Shown piece after piece: positions 1 through 9,168 of a stretch of DNA of 64,000 nt (position 1 is its first letter; every line of letters starts with the position of its first letter). A program made the position numbers and the translations under genes. Source of the DNA: an uncultured delta proteobacterium (lineage in GTDB: Bacteria > Desulfobacterota > RBG-13-43-22); NCBI GenBank assembly GCA_963843145.1, contig CAWJJC010000020.1:576001-640000 (forward strand). The letters run 5' to 3'. The notes under the pieces are model-generated. The model worked only from the letters and a program-made list of their open reading frames with translations. It did no database searches and was not told where the DNA came from.

Positions 1-371
1 CCTCTCCTCAGGTAGCTCTTCGAAAACAGCCCGGCTCTGGTTCTTATAAAATAGGCATGAAGAACCGCAAATACCGCGAGAGGAGGATAGAGGACAACAG
101 CGATCTTGAAGATAAAGAAAAAAGCCTCGGCCGTTGAATAATTCCCAAGGAGAGTGAGGAAGGCGTAGATTTTCGGCAAGGTGAAAAGCGGGATACAGAG
201 AAGGGCGGCGAAGCGCAGGAACCGGAGCGCGGTCTGAGATAGGGCCAGCCAAATTGTGAACGACCTGGATTTATCATAAACCGCGGAAAAAATGATGGTG
301 GTCAGGAAGACCGCCAAAGCCGGGGCCATATCCTTTGACCAGTCTCCCAGCTTTCTTGCTGTCAAGGGCAT
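1..371 (-). CDS. Hypothetical membrane protein, runs off the window edge (partial)
   Basis: Own translation: MPLTARKLGDWSKDMAPALAVFLTTIIFSAV...AFFFIFKIAVVLYPPLAVFAVLHAYFI, open to position 1. AGGAG precedes ATG 371; several hydrophobic segments. An in-frame upstream ATG exists at 422. Confidence 0.55.
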   Translation of the reverse strand, partial: MPLTARKLGDWSKDMAPALAVFLTTIIFSAVYDKSRSFTIWLALSQTALRFLRFAALLCIPLFTLPKIYAFLTLLGNYSTAEAFFFIFKIAVVLYPPLAVFAVLHAYFIRTRAGLFSKSYLRR

Positions 372-429
372 AGCACTCCTCTTTCGAGTCCTTTCGTGCA
401 AATCTATTCTCATTAACCCCATATTCTTT

Positions 430-454
430 AACGATTGAGATTCGATATTGTTCC
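430..454 (-). promoter_or_regulatory. ECF sigma-type promoter GGAAC-N16-CGTT
   Basis: Minus strand GGAAC aatatcgaatctcaat CGTT, at the 3' end of sigma copy 1, pointing at the membrane protein gene. Confidence 0.6.
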
Positions 455-1000
455 AAAAAACTTTCGTTGTTTCGTTTTTTTTTGCAGGAGCTTGAGCAAC
501 TCTTCTCTCGCTCTTGAGATCCTTGATTTTATTGTCCCATCTGAGGTAGGCAGCACCTTGGCGTTTGCTTCGCAAGAAAGTCCTTCGATATCCCCCAGAA
601 CGATATTGGCCCTCTAAAGGCCGGGCAATTGGTCCAGGACCATCTGGATGGACTGACAGGTCTTCTTCGATTGGTAGCATTGCTCCGAGGACGCCTCGGT
701 TGAAGCCAGGTCCTCGGCCTGAGATTCATTTTTGAGGGGTTCGGGGCGAGATTTTCTTTTGTGGTCGAGACAGGTATTCACTCCAATGCGGTATAGCCAG
801 GAGTAAAGAGAGGATTCAGGTCTGAAATCCATTAACTTCCGGTAGGCTTTAATAAATACCTCTTGGGCGGCATCCTCGGCATCCCGAGGATGGACCAGCA
901 GGCAGCGGCAGAGGTTATAGATTCTATCTTAATATTTGACGATCCACTCGAAGATCGATTGATCGCCGTCTTTGAATTGCCTAATCAAAAAGGAAGCGAT
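430..1000 (-). pseudogene. ECF (RpoE-like) sigma-70 factor pseudogene, copy 1
   Basis: DAEDAAQEVFIKAYRKL..SLYSWLYRIGVNTCLDHKRK (region 2) and GTIKSRISRAREEL (region 4). In-frame stops; highly similar to 3005-3637. Confidence 0.85.
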
Positions 1001-1012
1001 CCCCTGATGGGT

Positions 1013-1411
1013 TTACCAAAGACTTTGAACATGTCGATAATTCAAAATTCTTTGGTCCTTGGTAAAAATCGTGGCCTTTTCTTCTCGCGCCGTGGCCACG
1101 ATGATCTGATCAGCCGGGTCGTTATGGAATGGCCTTGGCAGTACCGTTGAGCGATAGGCGATCCTGGAGGTAAGCTGGACAAGTCTGAGCTTCGGCATTT
1201 CCAACGCGCCGGCGACCCACTCCTCCGGATTATAAGATATGCCGATCTTCCCTTTTTCTAAAAGCTTACAAAATTCCCAGGGTGAAATGACCGACAAAAG
1301 AAGTTCATCGTATTCGTCTTCATTCTCAATCAGTTTTGTGACTTTCCGCGATAAATTTTGGGGGCGCATATTCCACCAAACCCAGGTATGGGTATCGAGT
1401 AGGTATTTCAT
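1013..1411 (-). CDS. vapC: PIN-domain (VapC-family) toxin
   Basis: MKYLLDTH...SPWE...HNDPADQIIVATA...TKD PIN signature; ATGA overlap with the antitoxin. Confidence 0.9.
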   Translation of the reverse strand: MKYLLDTHTWVWWNMRPQNLSRKVTKLIENEDEYDELLLSVISPWEFCKLLEKGKIGISYNPEEWVAGALEMPKLRLVQLTSRIAYRSTVLPRPFHNDPADQIIVATAREEKATIFTKDQRILNYRHVQSLW

Positions 1412-1641
1412 TGACCGGCTTCCCACAATTCTTCCCCCAGCGGGGTGACGATATCCTTTTCGAAGACGAAAGCATTGGCGAGTTTGCCTGGCGTTGATTT
1501 CATTTCCGATTTTCGAAAGGCCACCACTTGGGCCAAAGGGCTTCCCCTTTTGGTTATGACGATGGGTTCTTTGGATCTGGCCACCTCGTTTAGTACTTTT
1601 AACGCCTGGGCCTTAAATTTACTTATGGCCATGGTCTTCAT
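1408..1641 (-). CDS. Phd/YefM-family antitoxin
   Basis: ISKFKAQALKVLNEV...IVITKRGSPLAQV; directly upstream of the PIN toxin. Confidence 0.9.
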   Translation of the reverse strand: MKTMAISKFKAQALKVLNEVARSKEPIVITKRGSPLAQVVAFRKSEMKSTPGKLANAFVFEKDIVTPLGEELWEAGQ

Positions 1642-1688
1642 CTGACCACCCCCTTCTTCTCAGAAAATAGTCAATTAAAGTGGTCAAG

Positions 1689-2407
1689 TCAAGAAAAAAT
1701 GCCGCCGGATCTCACCCTTCGGCTCCCGGCGAAATAGATTGCCGCCCCCAGAAAGGCCTGAAAAAATACCAGGGTTTGCCCGGTCGGCAGATCAAAATAG
1801 TACGAAGCCAGGGTACCCCCTAAGTTAATTATTAATCCGTAAAGCCAGGCGATCCAGAGCCGATGCTTATCGAACAGGGTGATGGCCACCAGCGCCGGCC
1901 CCACCAGCAGGGCGAAGACTACCAGGACCCCGGCCAGCTTCACCGAACTGGTAATCGTCAGGGCAAAGAGAAGGAAGAATCCGGTATGGCGCAGGCGGCC
2001 TTCTCCGAGCCGGGTCAGACCCCAGAGGGCCAGACCGATCAGCGCGTATAACCCGGCCGTCAGCCCCACCTGGTCCAGTGAAACATACAAAAGGTCGCTG
2101 ACCAGCAACCGCTGGAATTCTTCCGCCCCGTGGGGCGACTTAGACAACAGCGGGAACACGGCGGAGATACCCAGGGCATACACCAGGCCGATAAAGGCCT
2201 CCGGGAATCTACCTCTCCTGGAAGCCAGGGAAATACACCAAGCCCCCAGCAGGGCGGCCAGGAGAGAACACCCGTAAAGATACCGGCCGCCTGCCCGACA
2301 GCCAGGTCGGTAAAAATGATCCCTCGGCGAATGATCTCCAGGCCGAAGTAGGCATGGATTCCCACCAGTACCAGGGACAGCAGGAAGGCTGAAAATAGAA
2401 TTCCCAT
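1689..2407 (-). pseudogene. Metal (Zn/Mn-type) ABC permease, frameshifted and internally shortened
   Basis: N-terminal GIHAYFGLEIIRRGIIFTDLAVGQAA and C-terminal SVKLAGVLVVFALLVGPA...DLPTGQT lie in different frames; break near 2270. Confidence 0.8.
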
Positions 2408-2409
2408 CT

Positions 2410-2712
2410 ACCTTCCCAGCCGTTTAACGATTGTTTCAAACAGCATCACCAGATCCGTCGCCTCCGGGACCGCCCCGACATCGTGGGGCAGGGTTGTTAC
2501 CGGGATTCCCGTTTTTTCGGAAAGATAAGAGATCCTGGATCAGGAAAAGTCCAAGCCTTGTTGCTTGGCCTTTTCGGCCAGCCCTTCCAGATGCTTGGCT
2601 GAGGGAGGGATACCAGGTTTAGGCTCTATCGAACCGATCAGATTGAAAGCGTAGCGGGAGAGCAAGTAATAAAAAAGCGGGTGGTATTCGATCGCCCGCT
2701 TCCCTTTCAACG
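2410..2712 (-). pseudogene. 3' remnant of a metal ABC substrate-binding protein
   Basis: PLKGKRAIEYHPLFYYL...IEPKPGIPPSAKHL parallels PLKGVKFVSYHEHW...IELKPGIDPTARHI of the intact SBP at 5455-6387. The 5' part is replaced by an IS end. Confidence 0.75.
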
Positions 2713-2979
2713 GCGACGCCCTAATCCCACCTCCCAACGTAAACATAAAACTTCTTTGATCTTGCGCATGGATAACCTCCGATTGGCCATTCCCGTTACC
2801 TCCCCTGTTGAGTTGGGAGGCAGGGTAGCACCAGATTTTATCCTGCGCCGCTGTTAACTGCTTCGATTCCGGCCTAGCTGTTTTACTGGTCAGTTTCCCG
2901 CCGGAATCGGTGGTCAGTTTGCTCCGGAATCACTGGTCAGTTTCGATCGGAATGAGTGGTCACTGTGGTCCGGAATACA
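2712..2979 (-). mobile_element. istA: IS21-family left-end stub: terminal IR, internal repeats and first ~27 codons of istA
   Basis: Minus strand starts TGTATTCCGGACCACAGTGACCAC, with repeated (C/G)TGACCA..ATTCCG units at 2886-2979. ORF from 2790 reads MANRRLSMRKIKEVLCLRWEVGLGRR. Confidence 0.85.
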
Positions 2980-3004
2980 CATATTAGCGGGATCGTAGAG
3001 AGAT

Positions 3005-3637
3005 TTAGCGTATTCTTCCTTTTTTCTCTCTCCATATTCTTAAACGATTAAGATTCGATATTGTTCCAAATACCTTTCCTTGTTTCGTATTTTTTTGCAG
3101 GAGCTTGAGCAACTCTTCTCTCGCTCTTGAGATCCTTGATTTTATTGTTCCATCTGAGGTATGTGGCACCTCATCCATATCCTCACAGGAAAGCCCTTCC
3201 ATCTCCCGCAGGACGATAACGGCTCTCGAATCCCAGGGCAATCGGTCCAGGGCCGCCTGGATGGCCCGACCGATTTCCTTCGATTGGTACCGCTACTCCG
3301 GAGACGCCTCGGTTGAAGCCAGGACCTCGGCCTGAGATTCATTTTTTAGGGGTTCGGGCCGAAATTTTCTCTTGTGGTCGAGGCAGGTATTGACCCCAAT
3401 ACGGTAAAGCCAGGTATATAGCGAGGATTCGGGTTTAAAATGTTTTAACTTGCGGTAACCTTTAAGGAATACCTCCTGGGCGGCATCTTCCGCGTCTTGA
3501 GGATTTCTAAGGAGATAACGGCAAAGATTATAGATTCTATCTTGATATTTTTTGATGATTATTTCGAAAATCGATAGATCGCCGTCTTGGAAATGCCTAA
3601 TTAAAGCGGGTTCATCTCGCTGGTCTTTGAGGCCCAT
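3005..3637 (-). pseudogene. ECF sigma-70 factor, copy 2, interrupted by in-frame TAG at 3293-3295
   Basis: ORFs 3293-3637 and 3005-3241 are in the same frame with regions 2 and 4 present. Copy 1 has CAA (Gln) at the TAG position. Confidence 0.85.
3043..3067 (-). promoter_or_regulatory. ECF sigma-type promoter GGAAC-N16-CGTT
   Basis: Minus strand GGAAC aatatcgaatcttaat CGTT at the 3' end of sigma copy 2. Confidence 0.55.
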
Positions 3638-3647
3638 ACACTATAAT

Positions 3648-3672
3648 AACGTATCGGCCAGGATTTTGTTCC
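3648..3672 (-). promoter_or_regulatory. Putative autoregulatory ECF promoter GGAAC-N16-CGTT
   Basis: Minus strand GGAAC aaaatcctggccgata CGTT, 10 nt before the sigma ATG; no SD present. Confidence 0.65.
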
Positions 3673-3720
3673 ATCGAATTTAATAGGAGGTAAAATGGGC
3701 GAACGCGCAAACGGTTCAGT

Positions 3721-4611
3721 CTAAGCCTGGTGAGACCGTCGTGGGCCGCCGGAGAGCAGCTTGGAGATAATTCCGGCTAGGGCGTAGAGCAGGCCCAGGA
3801 GCACCACATCGGTCGGGCCGACCGGTAAATCCCATTGATAGGCGATCCAGAAGCCGAGAAAGGCGGCCGTGCCGCCGATCAAAGAGGCCAGCGTCGTGAA
3901 ATGGCGCATATTCCGGGCGAACAGATGCGCCGTCAGCGCGGGAATCAGCAGAAACCCGAAGGCGATCAGCGGACCGACACTGAGAACGGCCATGGACACG
4001 GTCAGGCCGATCAGTAAATAAAGCAACACGTCCCAGAAAACGACATTTTTGCGAAGGGTAATGGCCAGCACGCGGTCGAACGAGACGAGGAGCAACTCCT
4101 TGTGGAACAGGCCGAGCACGGCGAGAACGAGGGTCAGGGTGGCTAAGGTCAGCCCGAGATCGAAATTGGAGATGGTAATGACCTCTCCCTTCAGCAGGTC
4201 CAGCCAGCCGATTTCGCCGTAGGGGTTTTTTGACAGCAACAGGATGCTCAAGGCGGAGGCCACGACGTAGGTGGTGCCAAGTCGACCCTCGGGCAGACCG
4301 CCCCCGCGTCGTTCCAGAAAGGCCAGTACCAGGATTGCGGTTAAGGAGAAGATCGTCGAGCCAACAAAAGCCAGCACGTGGGCACTTTGCGAGCCGTGAT
4401 CGGTCAGCTTGAATCCGAACCATAAGGGAAACGAGAGGGTGATAGCAATGCCCGTAGAGGAAATCTGCGGCAGGGCTACACCCATGAACACCAACCGGCG
4501 CATCACCAGAAACACACCGACGAGGGGGCAAGCGAACCCGACGAGCACGCTGGCATAAACCGAGTTACGCAGCAGAAAATCGGGTGAGAGCATCTGAAAT
4601 AACGTTTCCAT
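3721..4611 (-). CDS. Zn/Mn-type metal ABC transporter permease (ZnuB/MntB family)
   Basis: CPLVGVFLVMRRLVFMGVALPQ, LLVSFD, DLPVGPT motifs; likely start METLFQ at 4611. Confidence 0.9.
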   Translation of the reverse strand: METLFQMLSPDFLLRNSVYASVLVGFACPLVGVFLVMRRLVFMGVALPQISSTGIAITLSFPLWFGFKLTDHGSQSAHVLAFVGSTIFSLTAILVLAFLERRGGGLPEGRLGTTYVVASALSILLLSKNPYGEIGWLDLLKGEVITISNFDLGLTLATLTLVLAVLGLFHKELLLVSFDRVLAITLRKNVVFWDVLLYLLIGLTVSMAVLSVGPLIAFGFLLIPALTAHLFARNMRHFTTLASLIGGTAAFLGFWIAYQWDLPVGPTDVVLLGLLYALAGIISKLLSGGPRRSHQA

Positions 4612-4612
4612 G

Positions 4613-5314
4613 TCAACCGATCTCCATTTTAAACATTTCCGCCATCCTCTCCCGGGTGAGCAGTTCGTCTGTGGGACCGTGGAGCACCCGGCCCTCGTGA
4701 AGCCAGATGACTTGCTCGGCGTGACGGCGCACCACCGTGAAGTCGTGGGTGACGAGCAATATGGTGATCTTCTTTTCCTTACGGATCTGGACAATAAAAT
4801 CCAGCACCGCCTTGGTCGCGGCTTGGTCCACACCCGCGGTGGGTTCGTCGAGCACCAGGACGTCGGGACGCGTCGTCAGGGCTCGGGCGATGAGCACTCG
4901 TTGCTTCTGGCCGCCGGAGAGCTCGGCAAAGCGTTTCTCGGCAAAGGCTTCCGCACCGGCCGCGCCCAGGCATTCCCGCGTGAAGGCCCGTTCGGTCGGC
5001 GGGACAAAATGCCCGGGTCGGACGCGCCCGTAGGCGCCCATCAGGGCTACCTCGAACCCGGTCAACAGATAAACCGGATCGAACTGACTGGCTTGAGGGA
5101 CGTAACCGAAGACGAGCGGTCCGGAGTCCAGGCGGCCCGCGATGGGGGGAAGCAGGCCAAGTATCGTCTTAAGCAGGGTCGATTTACCCGAACCGTTGAT
5201 ACCCAGAATGGCGGTGAAGCTGGCCCGGATAAGGGAGAGCGAAATTCCGGACAATACCGACTGCCCGTTATAGCCTATACTCAAGTTGTCCAGTGTGATC
5301 AGTGTTTCTTCCAT
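4613..5314 (-). CDS. Metal ABC transporter ATP-binding protein
   Basis: GINGSGKST, GYVPQ, LSGGQKQR, VLDEPT, VTHD. Confidence 0.93.
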   Translation of the reverse strand: MEETLITLDNLSIGYNGQSVLSGISLSLIRASFTAILGINGSGKSTLLKTILGLLPPIAGRLDSGPLVFGYVPQASQFDPVYLLTGFEVALMGAYGRVRPGHFVPPTERAFTRECLGAAGAEAFAEKRFAELSGGQKQRVLIARALTTRPDVLVLDEPTAGVDQAATKAVLDFIVQIRKEKKITILLVTHDFTVVRRHAEQVIWLHEGRVLHGPTDELLTRERMAEMFKMEIG

Positions 5315-5454
5315 GGGTCTTTCAAGGGGATCCGCCCGGACCAGGCCCGGTGGATCCCCCGCTCCTTAGATTCTAACATCCATTGTTCTGAGAATTTGTC
5401 TTTTAAAGTGGTTTTTGTTACAGCCAAAAAAATTTCAAATTTTTTTGGCTAGGT

Positions 5455-6387
5455 TTATTTCCTGCCTTGAATGGCAGTGACCAGGGTGTGAATGATGTAG
5501 TCCATCATCTTGATGTAGGTCTCCGTACCCGGTACGCCGCCCGGCATGATGGGCAAGGTAATCAGGGTTGCCCCGGTCTGTTCGGCGATGCGTTTCGGGA
5601 CCTTTTCGGGAAACTGCGGCTCCCGTACGACGATCGGAACATGCTTGGCTTTCATCTCGGTGATCAATTCCTCGATATGACGGGCCGTCGGATCGATACC
5701 CGGCTTCAGTTCAATCGTGCCGAAATAGTCCAGGCCAAAGCGCTCCGCGAAATAGGGCCAATGCTCGTGGTAGGATACGAACTTGACGCCTTTGAGCGGT
5801 TTGGCTTCTTTCTCCCACTCGGCAATCTTGGCGTTGAGCCTGCCGAGATAGGCGCCGCGATTGCGTATGAATTCTCCTTTATATTGGGGGGCGAAGGTTA
5901 CCAGGGCGTTGGTAATATTCTCGACCGCGGTCTTGGCCAATACCGGGTCGAGCATGTAGTGCGGGTTGCCGTAGGGATGGACGTCGCCCTCGTAGTGCCC
6001 GGTCGACCGGGGTACATCGCGGGGGATGATGCCCTTCGAGCAGTCCACGTAGCCGGGGGTACCGATCTGGATTCGCGGATTCTTGCTGGCTTCCAGCAGC
6101 GCGGGCAGGAAGGCGTGCTCGCAATCGAACCCGATCAGGATCAAGAGGTCCGCCCGGTTCATTACCGGCACGAAGCTGGGTTTCATCGGGACCCCGTGGG
6201 TGTCTTCGATGCCCGTGGCCAGGCTGCGCACCTCGACCAAATCCCCGCCGACGGCTCGCGTCAGATCCGCCAGGTCGGTCAGGGTCGTAACGATACGGAT
6301 TTTAGCTCCCTGAGCAGGCAGGGCCCACCCGGACCCGATCCCGATGAGGACGATGATCGTTATGATAAAGAATAATCTTGATTTCAT
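5455..6387 (-). CDS. Metal ABC substrate-binding protein (ZnuA/TroA cluster A-I)
   Basis: Signal peptide, DTH, GDVHPYGNPHYMLDP and SYHEHW; start MKSRLFF with AGGAGG. Confidence 0.92.
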   Translation of the reverse strand: MKSRLFFIITIIVLIGIGSGWALPAQGAKIRIVTTLTDLADLTRAVGGDLVEVRSLATGIEDTHGVPMKPSFVPVMNRADLLILIGFDCEHAFLPALLEASKNPRIQIGTPGYVDCSKGIIPRDVPRSTGHYEGDVHPYGNPHYMLDPVLAKTAVENITNALVTFAPQYKGEFIRNRGAYLGRLNAKIAEWEKEAKPLKGVKFVSYHEHWPYFAERFGLDYFGTIELKPGIDPTARHIEELITEMKAKHVPIVVREPQFPEKVPKRIAEQTGATLITLPIMPGGVPGTETYIKMMDYIIHTLVTAIQGRK

Positions 6388-6409
6388 GTTGAGGTCCTCC
6401 TTTTCCGGG

Positions 6410-7798
6410 TCAACGTTGTTGCCAGCCATGCGCGTGTGAGCCGATGATCCAGGTCCATTGCAGATAAACGGCATCATCGGGGCGTAGGCCGGTCGCGGCA
6501 TTGTTATCGGTGTGGGTGTATTGAAGGCGCAGTTGATTCCAGTGGCTCAAGGACCAGGTGAGGTAGGGAGAGTAGGCGGAGGTCTTGGCTTCGTTATTCT
6601 GCGCGCTCTCCACCCAGTCATAGGCGAACCCGGCTGTCCATTCCCGATGGAATTTGTAAGCGAGATACGAATACAGACCCCAGGACCCCACGGAGCGGCT
6701 GAAAAGGTCGCCGCCGGCGGCCTGAACGTCATAGCGGTTGTCGCTATAGAGCACTTCCGTTCCCCAAGTGAGGCTCTGGAACTGATTGTTGCGCAACGGC
6801 CGCCAGCTCAGCACGAAGTCTGCTCCGTACAGACGGCGTTCCCGTTCGGAGAGCGTGCTGCCGTCTGGTTGAAGCAGCGGGCCTCCACGGTCATTGGCAC
6901 TCGGATTCCACAGCCCCGAGAGGCCGGGTTCAAAGGAAATGTCGGGGGTCAGGTCAAAATAGGTGGAGGCGCGGCCCCAAAAGTTCAACCCGCTGAAGGC
7001 GCGGAAATCGCCGACATTATTAGGTGCATCACCGAACTGATCACCCGCGCCCACGGTCAGACTCACGTAATGCGGGATCGGCAGCAGGTAATTGACCTGA
7101 ATCCCGTCTGTTTTCGATTCGCCGCCGATGTATCGATCGAGCACCAGCGGACGGTTCACAAAGGGCAGTTCATGATCGTGGATGTATGCCAACCGACCAA
7201 ATTCACCAAAGAATCGTCCCCCCTGCACCGTCAGGTTCCAGGGCAGCGAGGTCGTGACAATGGCCGCCTCCTCCACGGTGGCGGCTGATTCGCCGGTAAT
7301 CGGGTCGGCGGAAGCATTGATCACCGCATAACCGCGAGCAAAGGGATCGACCGAGGCGGCCAGGTTCAGTTCTACCGAACGCTGGAAGACGTCGAACCCG
7401 CCGGGCCGGTCGCTGCCCGTGTCATTCTTTCCCTGGCTCCGGTAGGAGAAAACCGTTTCACCCACGAGCCCGATGGACGGGTTGAACTCGCTGGGCAGGG
7501 TCTTCTTTTGCGCTTCGGCTACCTGATCCACCTTCTCTTTCAACTCCTGTACTTGCTGCTGCATCTGTACGGGCGCTACGGGTTGATTCGTGGCGGTTCC
7601 AGCGGAGGAAGCAGGAGACTGGGTCTGTTTGATGGTCGCTTTTAATTCTTCAATCATCTTTCGTTGCTCAGAAAGGGCTTGTTCCTGTTTTTTGAGAGTC
7701 TCCTCAAGAATTTTTATTCGATCATCCGATGTCTGAGCAAACAGGCTTGTCGAAAACGATAAAAACACCAATACGACAAGTGTAATCATGGTCTTCAT
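6410..7798 (-). CDS. Outer-membrane beta-barrel protein of the zinc-regulated receptor-like family
   Basis: Signal peptide, coiled-coil N-terminus, FNPSIG, ASVDPF, HDHELPFVNRP, C-terminal IGSHAH. Confidence 0.75.
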   Translation of the reverse strand: MKTMITLVVLVFLSFSTSLFAQTSDDRIKILEETLKKQEQALSEQRKMIEELKATIKQTQSPASSAGTATNQPVAPVQMQQQVQELKEKVDQVAEAQKKTLPSEFNPSIGLVGETVFSYRSQGKNDTGSDRPGGFDVFQRSVELNLAASVDPFARGYAVINASADPITGESAATVEEAAIVTTSLPWNLTVQGGRFFGEFGRLAYIHDHELPFVNRPLVLDRYIGGESKTDGIQVNYLLPIPHYVSLTVGAGDQFGDAPNNVGDFRAFSGLNFWGRASTYFDLTPDISFEPGLSGLWNPSANDRGGPLLQPDGSTLSERERRLYGADFVLSWRPLRNNQFQSLTWGTEVLYSDNRYDVQAAGGDLFSRSVGSWGLYSYLAYKFHREWTAGFAYDWVESAQNNEAKTSAYSPYLTWSLSHWNQLRLQYTHTDNNAATGLRPDDAVYLQWTWIIGSHAHGWQQR

Positions 7799-7877
7799 GA
7801 TGGCACCTCCACTTATTCAGTTTTCTGATGAAAGGTCTCTTGGATTCTTAGAGCAAAGTCGTTTTGGCTTTAGGAAA

Positions 7878-8159
7878 CTACGCGGGGGGAGCTCGATTTG
7901 AATAAAGAGCGTGGGAAAGACCGCGATAGGCGATCGTTTTTTCGCATAAGATAAGGAAAATAACGAAAATTATCAGTGCAATATAAGGAACATCGGCTAA
8001 CGCCACATTGGCTTGGTGGAGGACATTAAAGCAGAGGGAACAATCATCATGGGGGACGCCATCCTGGTGGTGATGAAAGGCGAGTCCCAGAATGGAGAGA
8101 ACAAAACAGAGGAGCAGGAAAAGCGCAAATTTTGATTGGTATTTTTTAACAAGCCGCAT
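7878..8159 (-). CDS. DUF2946-like leader protein with HHH/CxxC and C-terminal RAPP motif
   Basis: Hydrophobic N-segment, HHHQDGVPHDDCSLC, ends SNRAPPA; 79 nt upstream of the OMP gene. Confidence 0.8.
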   Translation of the reverse strand: MRLVKKYQSKFALFLLLCFVLSILGLAFHHHQDGVPHDDCSLCFNVLHQANVALADVPYIALIIFVIFLILCEKTIAYRGLSHALYSNRAPPA

Positions 8160-8373
8160 ATCTTAATGGCAATATAAAGGAAATTGGGAAATTGGGAAAG
8201 GAATTTTTTCATCCCAATTTCTTTTTAGGTTCCAATCCGGCCCCCGTGTATTCAAATCATTTCGGAGGCAGGTCCGGCCCGGGAGGCATCAAAGGCCTCT
8301 ACGTTTGGGCCAGCTATAGATAAAACAGGTAAGTCCAGCCAGGCCAAATACCGATCTTTAATTCTAGGCCAGC

Positions 8374-9153
8374 TCATCTATCTTTAAAACTCGGTTTCCG
8401 TTTATCTATAAACGCCTGGAAGCCCTCTCGGCCGTCTTCGGAAACATAGGCGATGACAAAACAATTATTCTCATAGGTTATCGCCGACTGAAGATCCATA
8501 TTCATTCCAGTATCTATGGTATTCTTAAGGAGACTCAGGGCTACCTTTGGTTTAGAGGCCAGCTTTTTCGCCCAGGCTTTCGCCTCTTCCAGTAGGGCCT
8601 CTTTGCCCACGACCTTATTCACCAGGCCCAGGGAACAAGCTTCCTCGGCATTAACCGTATCCCCCATAAACAAAAGTTCCTTGGCTTTGGCGATGCCGAT
8701 CAACCTGGGGAGCCTCTGGGTACCGCCTGAGCCTGGGATGATGCCCAAATTAATCTCCGGACAGCCTATGGAAGTATCGCCGGCCGCAATCCTCAGATCA
8801 CAGGCCAGGGCCAGCTCACAGCCGCCGCCCAAAACAAAGCCAAAGATTGCGGCGATGGTGGGTTTTTCAATACCGGCGACCTTGTCGAGACACCTTCGGG
8901 AGACATTCCGAAAGGCAAAATAATCCGGTATCGATTTCCCGGCCACTTCCTTTACATCGAGACCCGCCGCAAAGGCTTTATCGCCGGTCCCAGTCAGGAT
9001 AACCGCCTTAACCGATTCGTCTTTTTCGAGATCGTCAAAAACGTCATACAGGTCTTGATACATTTTGACATTGAAGGAATTTACGGGAGGTCGGTTCAGC
9101 TTGACGACCGCAATATTTCCCTCTTTTTCAACCAGCAAGGTTTCATAGTCCAT
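8374..9153 (-). CDS. Enoyl-CoA hydratase/isomerase (crotonase family)
   Basis: KAFAAGLD, GGGCELALACD, PEINLGIIPGSGGTQRLPRLIG. Confidence 0.93.
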   Translation of the reverse strand: MDYETLLVEKEGNIAVVKLNRPPVNSFNVKMYQDLYDVFDDLEKDESVKAVILTGTGDKAFAAGLDVKEVAGKSIPDYFAFRNVSRRCLDKVAGIEKPTIAAIFGFVLGGGCELALACDLRIAAGDTSIGCPEINLGIIPGSGGTQRLPRLIGIAKAKELLFMGDTVNAEEACSLGLVNKVVGKEALLEEAKAWAKKLASKPKVALSLLKNTIDTGMNMDLQSAITYENNCFVIAYVSEDGREGFQAFIDKRKPSFKDR

Positions 9154-9168
9154 CTCCACCTCCAACGT

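Noticed and set aside
2886-2979. Short periodic repeats as a CRISPR array or iterons
   Set aside because: The ~22-nt period leaves no spacers, and the repeats abut an IS21 terminus and istA start; they are IS21 terminal repeats.
3293-3295. In-frame TAG in sigma copy 2 as pyrrolysine read-through
   Set aside because: The paralogue has Gln (CAA) here, so a C->T nonsense change or base-call error is simpler; no pyl genes in the window.
4610-7288. Long plus-strand ORFs (280, 302, 258 aa) and similar antisense ORFs elsewhere
   Set aside because: They are shadow frames opposite well-supported genes in GC-rich DNA and carry no recognisable motifs.
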